The notes under the pieces: model-generated
What the model was told of the DNA's origin: nothing
Databases searched by the model: none
Seen by the model: only the letters and a program-made list of their open reading frames with translations
Shown here: one piece after another, positions 9,801-20,155 of the stretch
How positions within the stretch are numbered: the first letter of the stretch is position 1
How the letters are laid out: each line of letters begins with the position of its first letter
Assembly (NCBI GenBank): GCA_963663165.1
Contig: OY760175.1
Span: forward strand, 1,312,001 to 1,376,000
Direction of reading: 5' to 3'
From: an uncultured Desulfospira sp.
GTDB lineage: Bacteria > Desulfobacterota > Desulfobacteria > Desulfobacterales > Desulfobacteraceae
DNA: 64,000 bases
Program-made: the position numbers and the translations under genes

Positions 9801-12800
9801 GCTACATATTCCGGGAGTGGCGGAGCCATGTACAATGGTTCCTATTGCAGCCCAATCCTGACCAACTGTACCTTTAACAGCAATCTGGCTTCAAATAAGG
9901 GCGGCGGTATGTTCAATGGTTCCTATGGTTTACCGGTCCTGACCCACTGCACGTTCAGCGCAAATAAAGCGTCAACCGGCGGCGGGATCTACAATAATTC
10001 CTCTGCCTGTCCGATCCTGACCAACTGCATCCTGTGGGGAAATCAGGCTGAATATAAAGGGAAAAATATTTTTACTGTAAGTAACGAAGAAATCAACACC
10101 AACGCTGACATCAGTTATTCCAATATTGAAGGCAGCCATAACTGGAACTCAACTTTTGGCACAAACGGGGGCCATAATATTGATGCCGATCCCCTGTTTG
10201 TAAGAAACCCCGATCCGGACCGGGGCGATCTGGGCGACCTTCACCTTAAGTCCAATTCCCCATGCAAAAACACAGGAAACACTTCGGCCGAAAACATCCC
10301 TGACACCGATATGGACGGTGAAAGCCGCATTATAGAAGAGATCGTTGACATGGGGGCAGACGAGTTCAATGATGCCAATGATAATGATCTGCCCGATTAC
10401 TGGGAGGAAACCCACGATATTTCAAAACTCGGGGAAGATCCGGATGGAGACGGGCTGACCAATTATCAGGAGTACCTTTGCGGCACGGACCAGGACGAGG
10501 CCGATACCGATGACGACGGTACCCTTGACGGTGATGAAGACTATGACAACGACGGACTCACCAACATTGATGAAGTATTGACTCACAAGACGGCACCGGA
10601 TAATCCGGATACCGATGGTGACGGATATACGGATCTTGAAGAAATCTTCCGTAATTCATCCCCTACAGACGACGCCTCGATCCCGGAGAACATCACCATC
10701 TTTGTAAAACCCGGCGGTTCGACCGATCCGGCCACCGGGGGAAGAACCTGGGAAACGGCATTGGGAGATTTACAGACGGCATTGAACATTGCCGCCCCCG
10801 GAGACAGCATATGGGTGGCCAAAGGCACCTATTATCCGTCAGTGGAACATGGGGGGGCCGGTGACCGGTACCGGTCATTTCAGATGAAGAACAATGTGGC
10901 GGTTTACGGAGGATTTGATCCTGACGCCGGGGCCGATGGGTTTGAAGACCGGGACTTTGAAGGCAACCCGACCATTCTCAGCGGTGACATCGGCACTTTG
11001 GATGATGATTCAGACAACTGCTATCATGTGATGTATCACCCTGAAGGCACCAATGTGGACAACACCGCCGTGCTTGACGGATTTGTGATTGCGGATGGGT
11101 ATGCCAATGGCGAATTGATCTTTTGCTATGGTGCCGGGGTATATAACTATGCCTCGTCCCCGACCCTTACCAACTGCATCATCAGCAGTAACACGGCTTC
11201 GGATTATGGCGGTGCCATGTACAATGAATTCTCATCTCCGATACTGGCCAATTGCTCTTTTATCGGTAATTCGGCTCAAAATGGCGGCGCTATTTACAAT
11301 GATGAGGTTTCCGCCCCTAACCTGACCAATTGCTCCTTTACCAGCAACTCGGCTTCAACAGGCGGCGGCATATACAATTATGGTTCCTCTATTTCAATTC
11401 TGACCAACTGCATTTTTACCGGGAACATAGCGTCATCATCCGGCGGCGGCATTTACGATTCTTCCTCCTCCCCCTCAACGTTGACCCACTGCACTTTCAG
11501 CGGCAACTCGGCTTCAAGTTATGGCGGTGGAATGTACATCAGCGCTGCCCTGGCCTTGACCGACTGCACTTTCAGCAACAATTCAGCCTCAGCTTATGGG
11601 GGCGGGATATATATCAGCAGCGCCTCCCCAACCTTGACCCGGTGTACGTTTAACGGCAATCGGGCCTCAACCTATGGCGGTGGGTTGTACAACAGATATT
11701 CATCCCCGACTGTGGCCAACTGCACTTTTTGGGGCAACTCAGCTTCAGGATATGGCGGGGCCATGTATAACCATTATTATGCCTTCCCGATCCTGACCAA
11801 CTGTATTCTCCGGAACAATCAGGCAGATGAAGGCGGAAACGAAATTTATAATTATACTTCCGCCGCGCCTGTAATCAGCTACGCCAATATTGAGGGCAGC
11901 GGCGGCAGTGATGCCTGGGACACGGCCTTAGGCACGGATAACGGTAACAATATAGATGCCGACCCCGGATTTACGGATTCAGATGCCGGTGATTACAGCC
12001 TGCTGCCCGACTCTGTCTGCATTGATGGGGGGGATCCTTCGTTCTCCGTGCCGGAAAACGGGGGCTGGGCCGTTGACATGGGGGCCGTTGAATACACGGG
12101 CACCACGGTAACCCGGGCGGTGAGCGGATCAGGGGAACTGGTCTTTGGCGGCCAGGTCAAAGCAAAGGTGACCCTGACGGATCCCACCATTGCCGCTGTC
12201 ACCATTACGGTTCATCCAGGCACCTGGTACTCCGCCGCAGAAAACAACAGCGTAAAGCGGTGGTATGAAATCAGCACCCCCGGGGGTGAAACGGTCACGG
12301 CCGACCTGACCCTGACCTATGATGATGATGAGCTTGGAAATCAGACCGAGGCCACCTTGGGCCTGTGGCACCTGTCAGGCAACACATGGGAAGGGACCTG
12401 CGGCACGGTGGATCCCGTTGAGAACACGGTCCATGTTGAAGGGATGTCCATTCAGGATAACCTTATCATCAGCAGTACTTTCCCAAGGGATACGGACCAG
12501 GACGGCCTTTCCGATATGGAAGACCCCTTTCTCTGGGATGCCCGGTACCAGTCCGATGACGACAGGGACGGCATTGCCGATGAATGGGAAATGGAACTAT
12601 TCGGGGATCTGACAACGGCGGATGTGTCCAGCGACTATGACGGGGACGGCCTCACCGATCTGGCCGAATTCTTAGGCCAGACCGACCCGGTGACCCAGAT
12701 CACGGACCGGATCACAGAACAAGTCACAGAACAGATGGAACTTCAAATTGACGTCCTCACCGAATCGGCCGGCTACCTTAAAATCGGGGACCATGACCAG

Positions 12801-12998
12801 GACGGGGACGTGGACGGTGATGATCTGAAACACTTTTCAACCTTTTACGGCAGCACCAACGTCAGCGTTGACAATGACGGGGACGGTTACGCTGAAATTG
12901 ACGGCGACTGCGATGATACCGATCCGGATGTCAACCCGGGGGCCGAGGAAATCAGCGGGGACGGTGTTGACAATGACTGTGACGGGAATATGGAATAG
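6894..12998 (+). CDS. Large secreted/surface protein: three beta-helix modules (Pmp-like GGGMYN repeats), Ca-binding DxDxDG repeats, C-terminal DCDD..PGA.EI..DGVDNDCDG motif
   Basis: 2034-aa ORF with signal peptide (..SQAYA), AAGGAG RBS and a triplicated module beginning IWVAxGTYYPS. Confidence 0.85.
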   Translation: MMRKEQPNPLVILILSMFLFLCSQAYADDTTSTIIYVNAGANGSQTGTSWANAFTGLQDGLDAASDSETSYQIWVARGTYYPSVENGGSGDRFKSFQLKNNVAIYGGFDPDTGADEMGERDVEGNPTILSGDIGTVDDDSDNCYHVFYHPEGTNLTATAVLDGFTITAGAADGTSLNQHGAGMLNYDSSPTLSSCTFSGNSASYYGGGMYNLASSPALTNCTFSDNSAVYGGGMSNDSSSSPTLNDCDLSGNSASRGGGMYNNSLSSPILNSCVLSSNSSSSYGGGMFNSSSSSPILNSCVLSSNSASDGGGMLNSSSSSPTLNSCVVNGNSASSGGGMYNSSSAPLLNSCTVSDNSASSYDGGGMHNSSSSPVLANCTFNGNSARYGGGIYNRYSSSPTLANCTISGNSASRDGGGMHNTSSSSPALTNCTVSGNSASNYGGGIYNESASSPTLTNCIVWGNDDDTGDPIYNDESVPVICYSFIQNSGGSSNWNISFGTDGGHNMDADPLFFINPDPGQGESGDLHLLSNSPCKNAGLNPGEDFPETDMDGEARIFEEQIDIGADEYNDADSDGLPDYWEEKYSISQPGADPDTDGLTNYQEYLSRTDPGVVDTDGDGIPDGDEDYDNDGLTNIVETSVYGTSPGTPDTDGDGYTDLDEIFHGSSPTEATATLPGINIHVKPGSSGEFPSGGKEWETALGDLQTALALAVAGDSIWVAEGTYYPSAEYGDSHFRFKSFQMKNNVAILGGFDPENGATTLESRDWEANPTIISGDIGILNDSSDNCYHVFYHPEGTDLDNTAILDGFTIRDGNGGGGMLNMASSPTVRNCTFTSNTGAGMYNDESSPILINCTFTGNSASAGGGMANYSSSPTLTGCTFSGNSASTSGGGMYNKASSPTLTHCTFSDNLVTSTEVSVYSYGGAMYNNASSPTLTHCTFSGNSAPKGAGGIYNGDESSPVLTHCTFSGNSATYSGSGGAMYNGSYCSPILTNCTFNSNLASNKGGGMFNGSYGLPVLTHCTFSANKASTGGGIYNNSSACPILTNCILWGNQAEYKGKNIFTVSNEEINTNADISYSNIEGSHNWNSTFGTNGGHNIDADPLFVRNPDPDRGDLGDLHLKSNSPCKNTGNTSAENIPDTDMDGESRIIEEIVDMGADEFNDANDNDLPDYWEETHDISKLGEDPDGDGLTNYQEYLCGTDQDEADTDDDGTLDGDEDYDNDGLTNIDEVLTHKTAPDNPDTDGDGYTDLEEIFRNSSPTDDASIPENITIFVKPGGSTDPATGGRTWETALGDLQTALNIAAPGDSIWVAKGTYYPSVEHGGAGDRYRSFQMKNNVAVYGGFDPDAGADGFEDRDFEGNPTILSGDIGTLDDDSDNCYHVMYHPEGTNVDNTAVLDGFVIADGYANGELIFCYGAGVYNYASSPTLTNCIISSNTASDYGGAMYNEFSSPILANCSFIGNSAQNGGAIYNDEVSAPNLTNCSFTSNSASTGGGIYNYGSSISILTNCIFTGNIASSSGGGIYDSSSSPSTLTHCTFSGNSASSYGGGMYISAALALTDCTFSNNSASAYGGGIYISSASPTLTRCTFNGNRASTYGGGLYNRYSSPTVANCTFWGNSASGYGGAMYNHYYAFPILTNCILRNNQADEGGNEIYNYTSAAPVISYANIEGSGGSDAWDTALGTDNGNNIDADPGFTDSDAGDYSLLPDSVCIDGGDPSFSVPENGGWAVDMGAVEYTGTTVTRAVSGSGELVFGGQVKAKVTLTDPTIAAVTITVHPGTWYSAAENNSVKRWYEISTPGGETVTADLTLTYDDDELGNQTEATLGLWHLSGNTWEGTCGTVDPVENTVHVEGMSIQDNLIISSTFPRDTDQDGLSDMEDPFLWDARYQSDDDRDGIADEWEMELFGDLTTADVSSDYDGDGLTDLAEFLGQTDPVTQITDRITEQVTEQMELQIDVLTESAGYLKIGDHDQDGDVDGDDLKHFSTFYGSTNVSVDNDGDGYAEIDGDCDDTDPDVNPGAEEISGDGVDNDCDGNME

Positions 12999-13026
12999 TT
13001 TCCGGGTGGGTGGCCAACATGTAAAA

Positions 13027-13119
13027 AAGGAGACCGGGGGAAGGGAGACGGGAGACCGGATCGTGTATCCTTAGGGGTTTCGCATTCCGGTCTCCCGTCT
13101 TTCGGTCTCCGGTTTCCTT
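13027..13119. repeat. Heptamer hairpin repeat, GGAGACC family; probable bidirectional terminator
   Basis: GGAGACC-like units versus GGTCTCC-like units between convergent genes. Confidence 0.75.
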
Positions 13120-13134
13120 CAATTTTATTGTCCT

Positions 13135-16100
13135 TTATTCTTCTTTGCCGGGGATGGCCATAAGCTGTCCTGCCAGTTCGGGAGAGGGGCGGTCATAGAA
13201 AACCCCGGCTCCGGGGTGCCGGGGGTGCATGCCCCGGATGAACAGGTAACAGACCCCACCGAAATCTTTTGCGTAATCATAATCTTTCAGGCGAAGTTTA
13301 AGGTACCGGTCCAGGGCCAGAAGATAAATGTGGTATTGCAGGATATAATGGTGTTCGAGCATGGCCCGGGCCATGGCAGCAGGGTTGTAATCGGCATAGG
13401 CAGGTCCAAGGAAATTGGATTTATAGTCCAGGATATACCATTTGCCCTGGCGCCGGACAACCAGGTCGATAAATCCTTTGATGTAGCCGTTCAATGCATC
13501 GGGGTTGAGCCGTTGAAGCAGGGCCGGGTATGACTTAAACCGGCCATGGGTTTCAAATAAATTTGCGATATCGGCTGTTTTAAAGTCTTCAACACTGAAA
13601 ACAAACTCCAGTTCGGAAAACCGGTTTTCCCTGGTGATATCCTTGAGGCAAAAGGTGCCGCTGTCCGTTTCAAGGGGGGCGGACAGGATGTCCTGAACCG
13701 CCTGGACAGCCGGGGCGCAAAGCCTGGGATCGGTGAATCCGAATTGCTCCAGATTGGACAGGACCGCATTTTCCACGGCTTCAACCGGGGCTGCAAAATC
13801 CAGCTGTTCCAGTACCGCATGAAAAAAATCCCCGGCTGCCGCCCCTTTGGGAAAATCCTTGAGCGGGATGTCGGCCTCCGGGTCTTTGGGGACGGACCCG
13901 CCGGTCTCGCCTTCCAGGATGGGTTCTGCTTCAGGGGCTTCACCTTCCCCGGGTGGGGTATCCCAGCCCTTGTCCTTTTCCTGGGAAATCATGGCGGAAA
14001 AAGAGGAAATCCGCCACTGGGGGGCAATGGTCCGGGTGATGGTCCGGGCAGACAGGCGGCTGGTGTCTTGGCGTGTCCCGGCCCAGGGTTGAGCTTTATC
14101 CGGTTCCGCCATGGTCTCAATCGTTACACCGTCTGAATGGGCCGTTTCAAAAGCCTTTAAATCCAAGAGCATGCCCTGGTCTTCGGCACACCCACCGGGG
14201 TGAAGGATGTTGCCCAACGCCGAGGTTTCAACCCCGGCAAAGCCCCCCCACAGGATTCGTAACCCCGCCGAAGCCCGGGTCAGGGCCACGTATAAAAGCC
14301 GCCGATCTTCGGCGTCGGCCTCCATTGCCCGAAGGTCCCGGGACCGCTGTATCCCTTCGGCATCTGTCCCGCCCGGTTCTAAGGCCGCATCCACCCTTAA
14401 ATCCAGCCGGAGGAGGTTGTTCTGGTCCGGGTCATGGAACAGTACCGGCCCTTTGGATGAGGAACTGCCCCCCTGCCCGGCCCAGAGATACGGCAGGTAA
14501 ACCAGGGGATATTCCAAGCCCTTGCTCTTGTGGATGGTCACAATGGCCACGGCTTTTTCATCGCTTTCCAGGCGCAGTTCATCGGCCATCTCATCCCGGG
14601 TCTGGTCCGACAACTGGTGTTCAAGCCATTTTAACAAAAAGGACCGGGACAGCCGGCGGCTCTGCTCAACCCCGGAGGAAAGCTCCATTAAATGGTAAAA
14701 ATTAGTGATTGTCCTTTCCCCCATGGTTGTCCGGCGGCTGTCTTCCCGGTCTTCAGAATGAAACAGGGCCGTGAACATGGCGGCGATCCCCCGGGTTTCC
14801 CAGATGGTTTTATAGGCGGCAAACCGGTCCTGCCATTTAATCAGTCCGGTTTCATCTTGATCCAGGTCGATCAGATCCCGGGCCCGGAACCCGAATACAC
14901 CAGTGGCCAGGGCCGCCTTTAAAATTTTTGTCCGATCGGGCCGGTCCACGGCGCAAAGCAGGGTATAAAATTCCTGGGCCTCATTTGCATCAAACACTGA
15001 GCCGGTCTTGGACACAAAGCAGGGGATGTTTAATTCAGACAGGGCCGATCTGACGTCTTCGGCCTGGTCATTGGTCCGGACCAGCACGGCCATATCCCCG
15101 GGGCCGGGGGACCGGCTTCCCCCGTTTTTGTCCCGGATCTGTAAGGGGGAAGTAAGGTCTTGTAAAATCTGTTGGCCCAGCAACGGCGGAATGATTTTCA
15201 TGGCATGCTCTTTGCCGACCAGCCCGTTTCTGGCAACATAGGCGTCCTGTCTGGGGACAAAGTCGATCTGCAGTGGCGGAACCGCCTTTCCCTGAAGGCT
15301 CAGCAGGTCTATGGCACCCGTTGGCGTTCCCACCGGGGTAAATTCGATGTCCTTAAATATAAACGGTCTTTCCCTGAGGCTGAATACGGCATTCACCGCC
15401 TTGACCAGCAGGGGCGAAGACCGGTAATTCTTATCTAAGGTAAACATCTGGTCGCTGTCTTTGCAGGCGGTGAGATAGGCAAAGATGTCCCCGCCCCGGA
15501 AGGCGTAAATGGCCTGTTTGGGGTCGCCGATCATGAAAAAAGGCGGCTTTTTTGGGGCCTCCGGTTTTGAGAACAGGGCGGAGAAAATGGCGTACTGCCG
15601 GGGATCCGTGTCCTGAAATTCGTCAATCAGGCAGGCCTGAAAGGTTTCCCGGACTGCCGCAGTCAACGGCTGTCCGTCAGGGCCGTCCAAGGCTGCGGCA
15701 AGGTCGTTGACCAGGTCGTCAAAAAAACAGGTCCCGGTCCTGGCTTTCATTTTGGCCAGTTCCTCGGTGTAAAACCTTAAAAATTCCAGGCGCAGCCCTT
15801 CCAGGTTCCTGGCCATGCCCCGGTAAAGCCTTAACAGATCTTGGCAAAGATCAAAGAATTCATGGGCCGGCGGGGAACCGGAGTCGGTTTTTTCGGAAAG
15901 CCTTGTATGGGTGAATTTGTACAGGGAATCGCCCTTTTCTTCCATGACAAAAAAGGCGGTTTCTCCCTGCTGTTCAAATTTTTGAATGGCCTGGTCCAGC
16001 CAGGCCGGCACATATTTCTTGGTATAGCTTCTTTTGTTAAGGCCCTTATGTTCCCTGAGCAGGTCTATGATGGCTTGTTTTTCGGTTTTGAGCAGGTCAA

Positions 16101-16749
16101 AAATCCGGACAGCGGTTTTTTTGTAGTCCGGGGAAAGGACTTCAAACTGGCCGGTTTCCGGTATGGTATCCATATCTTTTCCGGACAGCACCAGCTTAAA
16201 CTCTTTTAAAAAATTTTCAGGGGTAGCCCCCTGCTGGGCGAGCAGGTTCAAATCCAGGGGATCCAGGTTGCTGATCCGGGTCATGAAAAAATCCATGCAG
16301 ACCTGGCGTTTAAACACAGCGCTGTCCGGGGCCAGCTCAAGGTCAAACCCGGCCCCGCTCTCAAAGGCGTGTTCCCTTAATATTTTATAGCAAAAAGAAT
16401 GGATGGTCATGACTGCGGCCTGGTCAAAACAGGTCAGGCTGTGGGCGATCCTGGCTTTGACAAGGCAGGGGTCGGGCAAGGATAATACATACCTTAACAG
16501 ATCATCATCCTGGTCTGCCGCGGACTCAAGGTCTGCCAGCACCCCGGCCAGGCGGGACCGGATCCTCATTTTCAGTTCAGCGGCCGCGGCTTCGGTAAAG
16601 GTCACCACCAGGATGGATTCAATGGGAAACCCCGCTGCAATGAGCCGGACGGCCAGGGTGGTGATGGTGTAAGTTTTGCCCGTGCCGGCACTGGCCTCAA
16701 TTAATGAGGTCTGGTTAAGGGTCAGGGTATAGGGGTTTAAGGCAATCAT
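13135..16749 (-). CDS. recB: Exodeoxyribonuclease V beta subunit
   Basis: EASAGTGKT, IDEFQDTD, TIHKSKGLEY, LLYVALTRA; nuclease GFIDLV..ILDYKSN. Confidence 0.95.
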   Translation of the reverse strand: MIALNPYTLTLNQTSLIEASAGTGKTYTITTLAVRLIAAGFPIESILVVTFTEAAAAELKMRIRSRLAGVLADLESAADQDDDLLRYVLSLPDPCLVKARIAHSLTCFDQAAVMTIHSFCYKILREHAFESGAGFDLELAPDSAVFKRQVCMDFFMTRISNLDPLDLNLLAQQGATPENFLKEFKLVLSGKDMDTIPETGQFEVLSPDYKKTAVRIFDLLKTEKQAIIDLLREHKGLNKRSYTKKYVPAWLDQAIQKFEQQGETAFFVMEEKGDSLYKFTHTRLSEKTDSGSPPAHEFFDLCQDLLRLYRGMARNLEGLRLEFLRFYTEELAKMKARTGTCFFDDLVNDLAAALDGPDGQPLTAAVRETFQACLIDEFQDTDPRQYAIFSALFSKPEAPKKPPFFMIGDPKQAIYAFRGGDIFAYLTACKDSDQMFTLDKNYRSSPLLVKAVNAVFSLRERPFIFKDIEFTPVGTPTGAIDLLSLQGKAVPPLQIDFVPRQDAYVARNGLVGKEHAMKIIPPLLGQQILQDLTSPLQIRDKNGGSRSPGPGDMAVLVRTNDQAEDVRSALSELNIPCFVSKTGSVFDANEAQEFYTLLCAVDRPDRTKILKAALATGVFGFRARDLIDLDQDETGLIKWQDRFAAYKTIWETRGIAAMFTALFHSEDREDSRRTTMGERTITNFYHLMELSSGVEQSRRLSRSFLLKWLEHQLSDQTRDEMADELRLESDEKAVAIVTIHKSKGLEYPLVYLPYLWAGQGGSSSSKGPVLFHDPDQNNLLRLDLRVDAALEPGGTDAEGIQRSRDLRAMEADAEDRRLLYVALTRASAGLRILWGGFAGVETSALGNILHPGGCAEDQGMLLDLKAFETAHSDGVTIETMAEPDKAQPWAGTRQDTSRLSARTITRTIAPQWRISSFSAMISQEKDKGWDTPPGEGEAPEAEPILEGETGGSVPKDPEADIPLKDFPKGAAAGDFFHAVLEQLDFAAPVEAVENAVLSNLEQFGFTDPRLCAPAVQAVQDILSAPLETDSGTFCLKDITRENRFSELEFVFSVEDFKTADIANLFETHGRFKSYPALLQRLNPDALNGYIKGFIDLVVRRQGKWYILDYKSNFLGPAYADYNPAAMARAMLEHHYILQYHIYLLALDRYLKLRLKDYDYAKDFGGVCYLFIRGMHPRHPGAGVFYDRPSPELAGQLMAIPGKEE

Positions 16750-19700
16750 AGGTCAGTTAGGTTATCAAGCAGCGGTTGATACACGGCCAGGGCCGTTTCT
16801 AAAATGCCGCTGTGATTAAAGGCGGTCATACTGTCAAAGGGGTCCTGGCCCTGAAAACAAAGCTGAACATAAGGACCGGTCTTGTCCCCGATATTTGAAA
16901 ATGAATTAAACCAGGCTGACTTTGCCCGGTTAAAGGCGGCTAAAAGTCTGTCGTTCTCAGGCGCATCCGCCTTCTCAATCCAGGCGGCGGCCAGGGCAAA
17001 GCCGGTGGCACTAAAAAAGGGGACCAGGTGTTCATGGCCTTTAACGTAAAGGGCGACCAGGGTTTCAAGGATGGGGGCCGCCTTTGAACCTAAAGGGGAA
17101 AACCCGGACAGGGCCGCCGGTTTTTTGCCGTCAGGGTCCTGGCCTGCCATGCGGGTCTGGGCGAAAGACACCTCAAGACCCTCGGGCAGCCCCGTAACAT
17201 TTTTCTGGGCAAGGCCCTGGTTTAAAATCAGATGGTAAATCCAGTGGGACAGCAGCCGGGCCCCGTTTAACTTCCCGAATCCGGCCACGCACCGGACAAG
17301 GGCATTGTCCTGAACAAAAAGGTCCTTGATCACCCCTGAAATCCGGACCCCCCCGGCCATGGTATCCACCCTGATGGGGTCACAGGGCGCGGGCGGGATC
17401 ATCTGTGCTGCGGCCCGGGCAATGGGGCGGGCCGTTTCAAGAAACCCTGAAAATTCAAGCTCCCCTTTTTTTCCTAAGGGAAGGCTGCCCTGGGCCCTGA
17501 AAAAATTGTAGAGATCCGTTGACCGGTTTTCAATCAGATCTTTGAAGGTAAAAATCTCCTCCCCGAGCTTATAGGCGTCAAGTCCCCTGACGGCAAAGGC
17601 TTCCCTGTCCGGGTCCGGGTCCCGGGCCAGGGGAAGTTCAAGCCCCAGGCGATGTTTGACATAGGTCTCCACCGGGTTTTTCAAAAACCGGACCAGGTCC
17701 TGGACAGACAGGGTCTGAATTTCGGACTCATCCGTTAAGGGTGTTTGGCCGTCTTCAGGGGGTCCAAGGTCAATAAAGGGCCGGCCGGGTGATCCGGACC
17801 GGTCTGACAAGCTTGCGGCCATGCGGCCAAATTTCCGGGAATAGGAAAAAAAACCGGGCGTCTGATTAAAGTAAACCGGGCTGAACCCCTGGAGGGGATG
17901 GGCAAAAAAGGGAAACCCGTGGGGGAACCTAAAACTTTGTTCCATGACCCCCATCAGTTCGCTGACCACCCCGGAACAGGGAATGGGGGAGTTATCCTTA
18001 ATGCTCATGCCCGTGTAGGTGATCATCAAATAGTCCCGGGCCGATAGAACCGATTCTAAAAACAGGTACCGGTCCTCGTCTCTGGCCTGCTTGTCCCCTT
18101 TCCTGGGGAACCGGGCAGCCAGGTCAAATCCGGGCTGAAAAAAAGACCTGGGGAAGGCGGCCTCATCCATGCCCATGAGGACCACCACTTTAAAGGGAAT
18201 GCTTCTCATGGGCGTCAGGTTGCAGAAGGTGACGGCCCCGGCCATAAAACGGCCGTGGGAGGTCTGGCGGTCCAGTTTTCTGGTGATCATCTCCCGGATG
18301 GCGGCAAAACTTAAAGTTCCTTTGAAGCCTGCACTTTCAGCATCCTGGGCCAGGGTGTCCAGGGTGGTGAATACAAATCTTAAATCCGACTCATCCCCGG
18401 GACCCGGGGCCAGCATGGCCGATACCACCTGTTTTAAACAACGGACCCACTGGCCGGCGGTCATTTGTTCCTCAAACCGCTCCAGGCTTTGGGCCAGGGT
18501 ATGGATAAAATGGGCCAGCCGTCCCAAAAGGTCGGCATCAAGGCCTTCAAAATAAGGCAGGGGGCAGACGGTGCCGGTCATAAAGGCGTCTTCGGGCAGG
18601 GCCATTCCCGAAAACAGCCGGTCCAGGCCGAACATCCAGGTATTTTCCTCAAACCCGGCACGGGTCAGCTTTTGCCGGTGGGCCCCGTCCCGGCCCCAGA
18701 ACACATTGGCTTTGACAACGGCCGCTTCAATGGCCGAAACTTCGCCTGGCGCGATATCAAATCTGGCCCCGATGGGCTCAAACGCCAGCAGGGAAAGAAC
18801 CCGGTTCCGTTCAAACCGGAAATCGGTCATGGCCAGCAGGGATAAAAAGGCTTCCATAACCGGGGATTCGATCCGTTTCCTTCTGTCCGAAAGGGTAAAG
18901 GGGATGGCCGGGGTCTGCTGCCCCGGAACATGGGAAAACACCGCCTCAATGCAGGGGGCGTAACTTTCCACATCGGGCATCATCACGATGACGTCGTGGG
19001 GGTGAAGGTCTTTGTCCCGGTCAAAGGCGTCCAGGAGCAGGTCTTTGAGCACCTGGGCTTCTCTCATGGGTGAATGGCAGGCATGAAGGCAGATGGACCG
19101 GTCTGTTGCAGATATCTCAACAGGCAGGGCATCACCGCCGGGCTTTCTTTGAGTCAGATTCAGGATATCGGACTGAAGAACGGACAGCATGGTAGGGCTT
19201 TGGCCCTTGTCCGGGACAGGGTCCTGAAACAGCTCCCCAAAGGGTTCATCATAATCCAGCTCTTCCAGGCAGGAAAAAAAATCCCGGCCGGTCTTCCCCA
19301 GTGCTGAAAGCAACGGGTTAACGGTTTCAAAAAAAGGCCCGGCAGGTGCCGGTTCCCGGGGCAATTCAAGCCCTGCCCTGCCCGCCTGCTTTGGCGAAGG
19401 AATATCAAAAAAAAACTGGGAACAGGGGGTGAGCAAAAACAAATAAACGTCCCGGTGGCGGGACAGGGCCGATAAAATATGGAGAAACGAAACCGGCATG
19501 GCCGATATCCCGAACAGGCAGATCCGTTTGGGAACGGCGGGATTTGGCACCCCGCCCTGTTTTAAAAAGGCCGCCATCAAATCGGCGAATCCCCGGTGTT
19601 GTTGGGACACCTGGTTCCAGACCAGGGACTGCCATTGTTCAATTTCCCTGGCTTTGGGGTCTTTTGAAAAAATAAGCTGATTTTCCTGCCACTTTAAGAG

Positions 19701-20147
19701 CATGTCCGGCCGGTACACCTGGTACCCGTCCAGGATACCGGCAATTTTAAAAGACAACTGGAGCCCTTTTCTGCCCGAGGTATCCTGATCGGCATAGGCG
19801 GTTAGCCCGTTAAGGCACTCATGGCCAGGCGCTGGTTTTCCATTGAGCAGGTCCATGACCGACCAGAGGATCATATCTTCAGTGATCAGGGCGGCTGCCG
19901 GATGGGGGGGGAGGTCCGGTTCAGGGGACAACAGGGCCTCCATGATCTGCCGGGGGAACATGAAAGATACGTTGGCGCAAACCCCCAGGGTCTGGGCCAT
20001 TTGTGCCGTCACCCACTGGCGCATGCCCCGGGACTGGACGCCGATCCATTCCGGGGCCATGGGATTATCATCCGGGACCGTTGAAAGCACCTGGCACAGG
20101 GCCCGGCCCAAGGTTTCCATCCGGTTGCTTTTAATCAGGTTCAGCAC
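16746..20147 (-). CDS. recC: Exodeoxyribonuclease V gamma subunit
   Basis: SNRME start, CHSPMREAQVL, LTPMRSIPF, EDRYLFLE; overlaps recB start. Confidence 0.95.
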   Translation of the reverse strand: MLNLIKSNRMETLGRALCQVLSTVPDDNPMAPEWIGVQSRGMRQWVTAQMAQTLGVCANVSFMFPRQIMEALLSPEPDLPPHPAAALITEDMILWSVMDLLNGKPAPGHECLNGLTAYADQDTSGRKGLQLSFKIAGILDGYQVYRPDMLLKWQENQLIFSKDPKAREIEQWQSLVWNQVSQQHRGFADLMAAFLKQGGVPNPAVPKRICLFGISAMPVSFLHILSALSRHRDVYLFLLTPCSQFFFDIPSPKQAGRAGLELPREPAPAGPFFETVNPLLSALGKTGRDFFSCLEELDYDEPFGELFQDPVPDKGQSPTMLSVLQSDILNLTQRKPGGDALPVEISATDRSICLHACHSPMREAQVLKDLLLDAFDRDKDLHPHDVIVMMPDVESYAPCIEAVFSHVPGQQTPAIPFTLSDRRKRIESPVMEAFLSLLAMTDFRFERNRVLSLLAFEPIGARFDIAPGEVSAIEAAVVKANVFWGRDGAHRQKLTRAGFEENTWMFGLDRLFSGMALPEDAFMTGTVCPLPYFEGLDADLLGRLAHFIHTLAQSLERFEEQMTAGQWVRCLKQVVSAMLAPGPGDESDLRFVFTTLDTLAQDAESAGFKGTLSFAAIREMITRKLDRQTSHGRFMAGAVTFCNLTPMRSIPFKVVVLMGMDEAAFPRSFFQPGFDLAARFPRKGDKQARDEDRYLFLESVLSARDYLMITYTGMSIKDNSPIPCSGVVSELMGVMEQSFRFPHGFPFFAHPLQGFSPVYFNQTPGFFSYSRKFGRMAASLSDRSGSPGRPFIDLGPPEDGQTPLTDESEIQTLSVQDLVRFLKNPVETYVKHRLGLELPLARDPDPDREAFAVRGLDAYKLGEEIFTFKDLIENRSTDLYNFFRAQGSLPLGKKGELEFSGFLETARPIARAAAQMIPPAPCDPIRVDTMAGGVRISGVIKDLFVQDNALVRCVAGFGKLNGARLLSHWIYHLILNQGLAQKNVTGLPEGLEVSFAQTRMAGQDPDGKKPAALSGFSPLGSKAAPILETLVALYVKGHEHLVPFFSATGFALAAAWIEKADAPENDRLLAAFNRAKSAWFNSFSNIGDKTGPYVQLCFQGQDPFDSMTAFNHSGILETALAVYQPLLDNLTDL

Positions 20148-20155
20148 GGAAAAAG

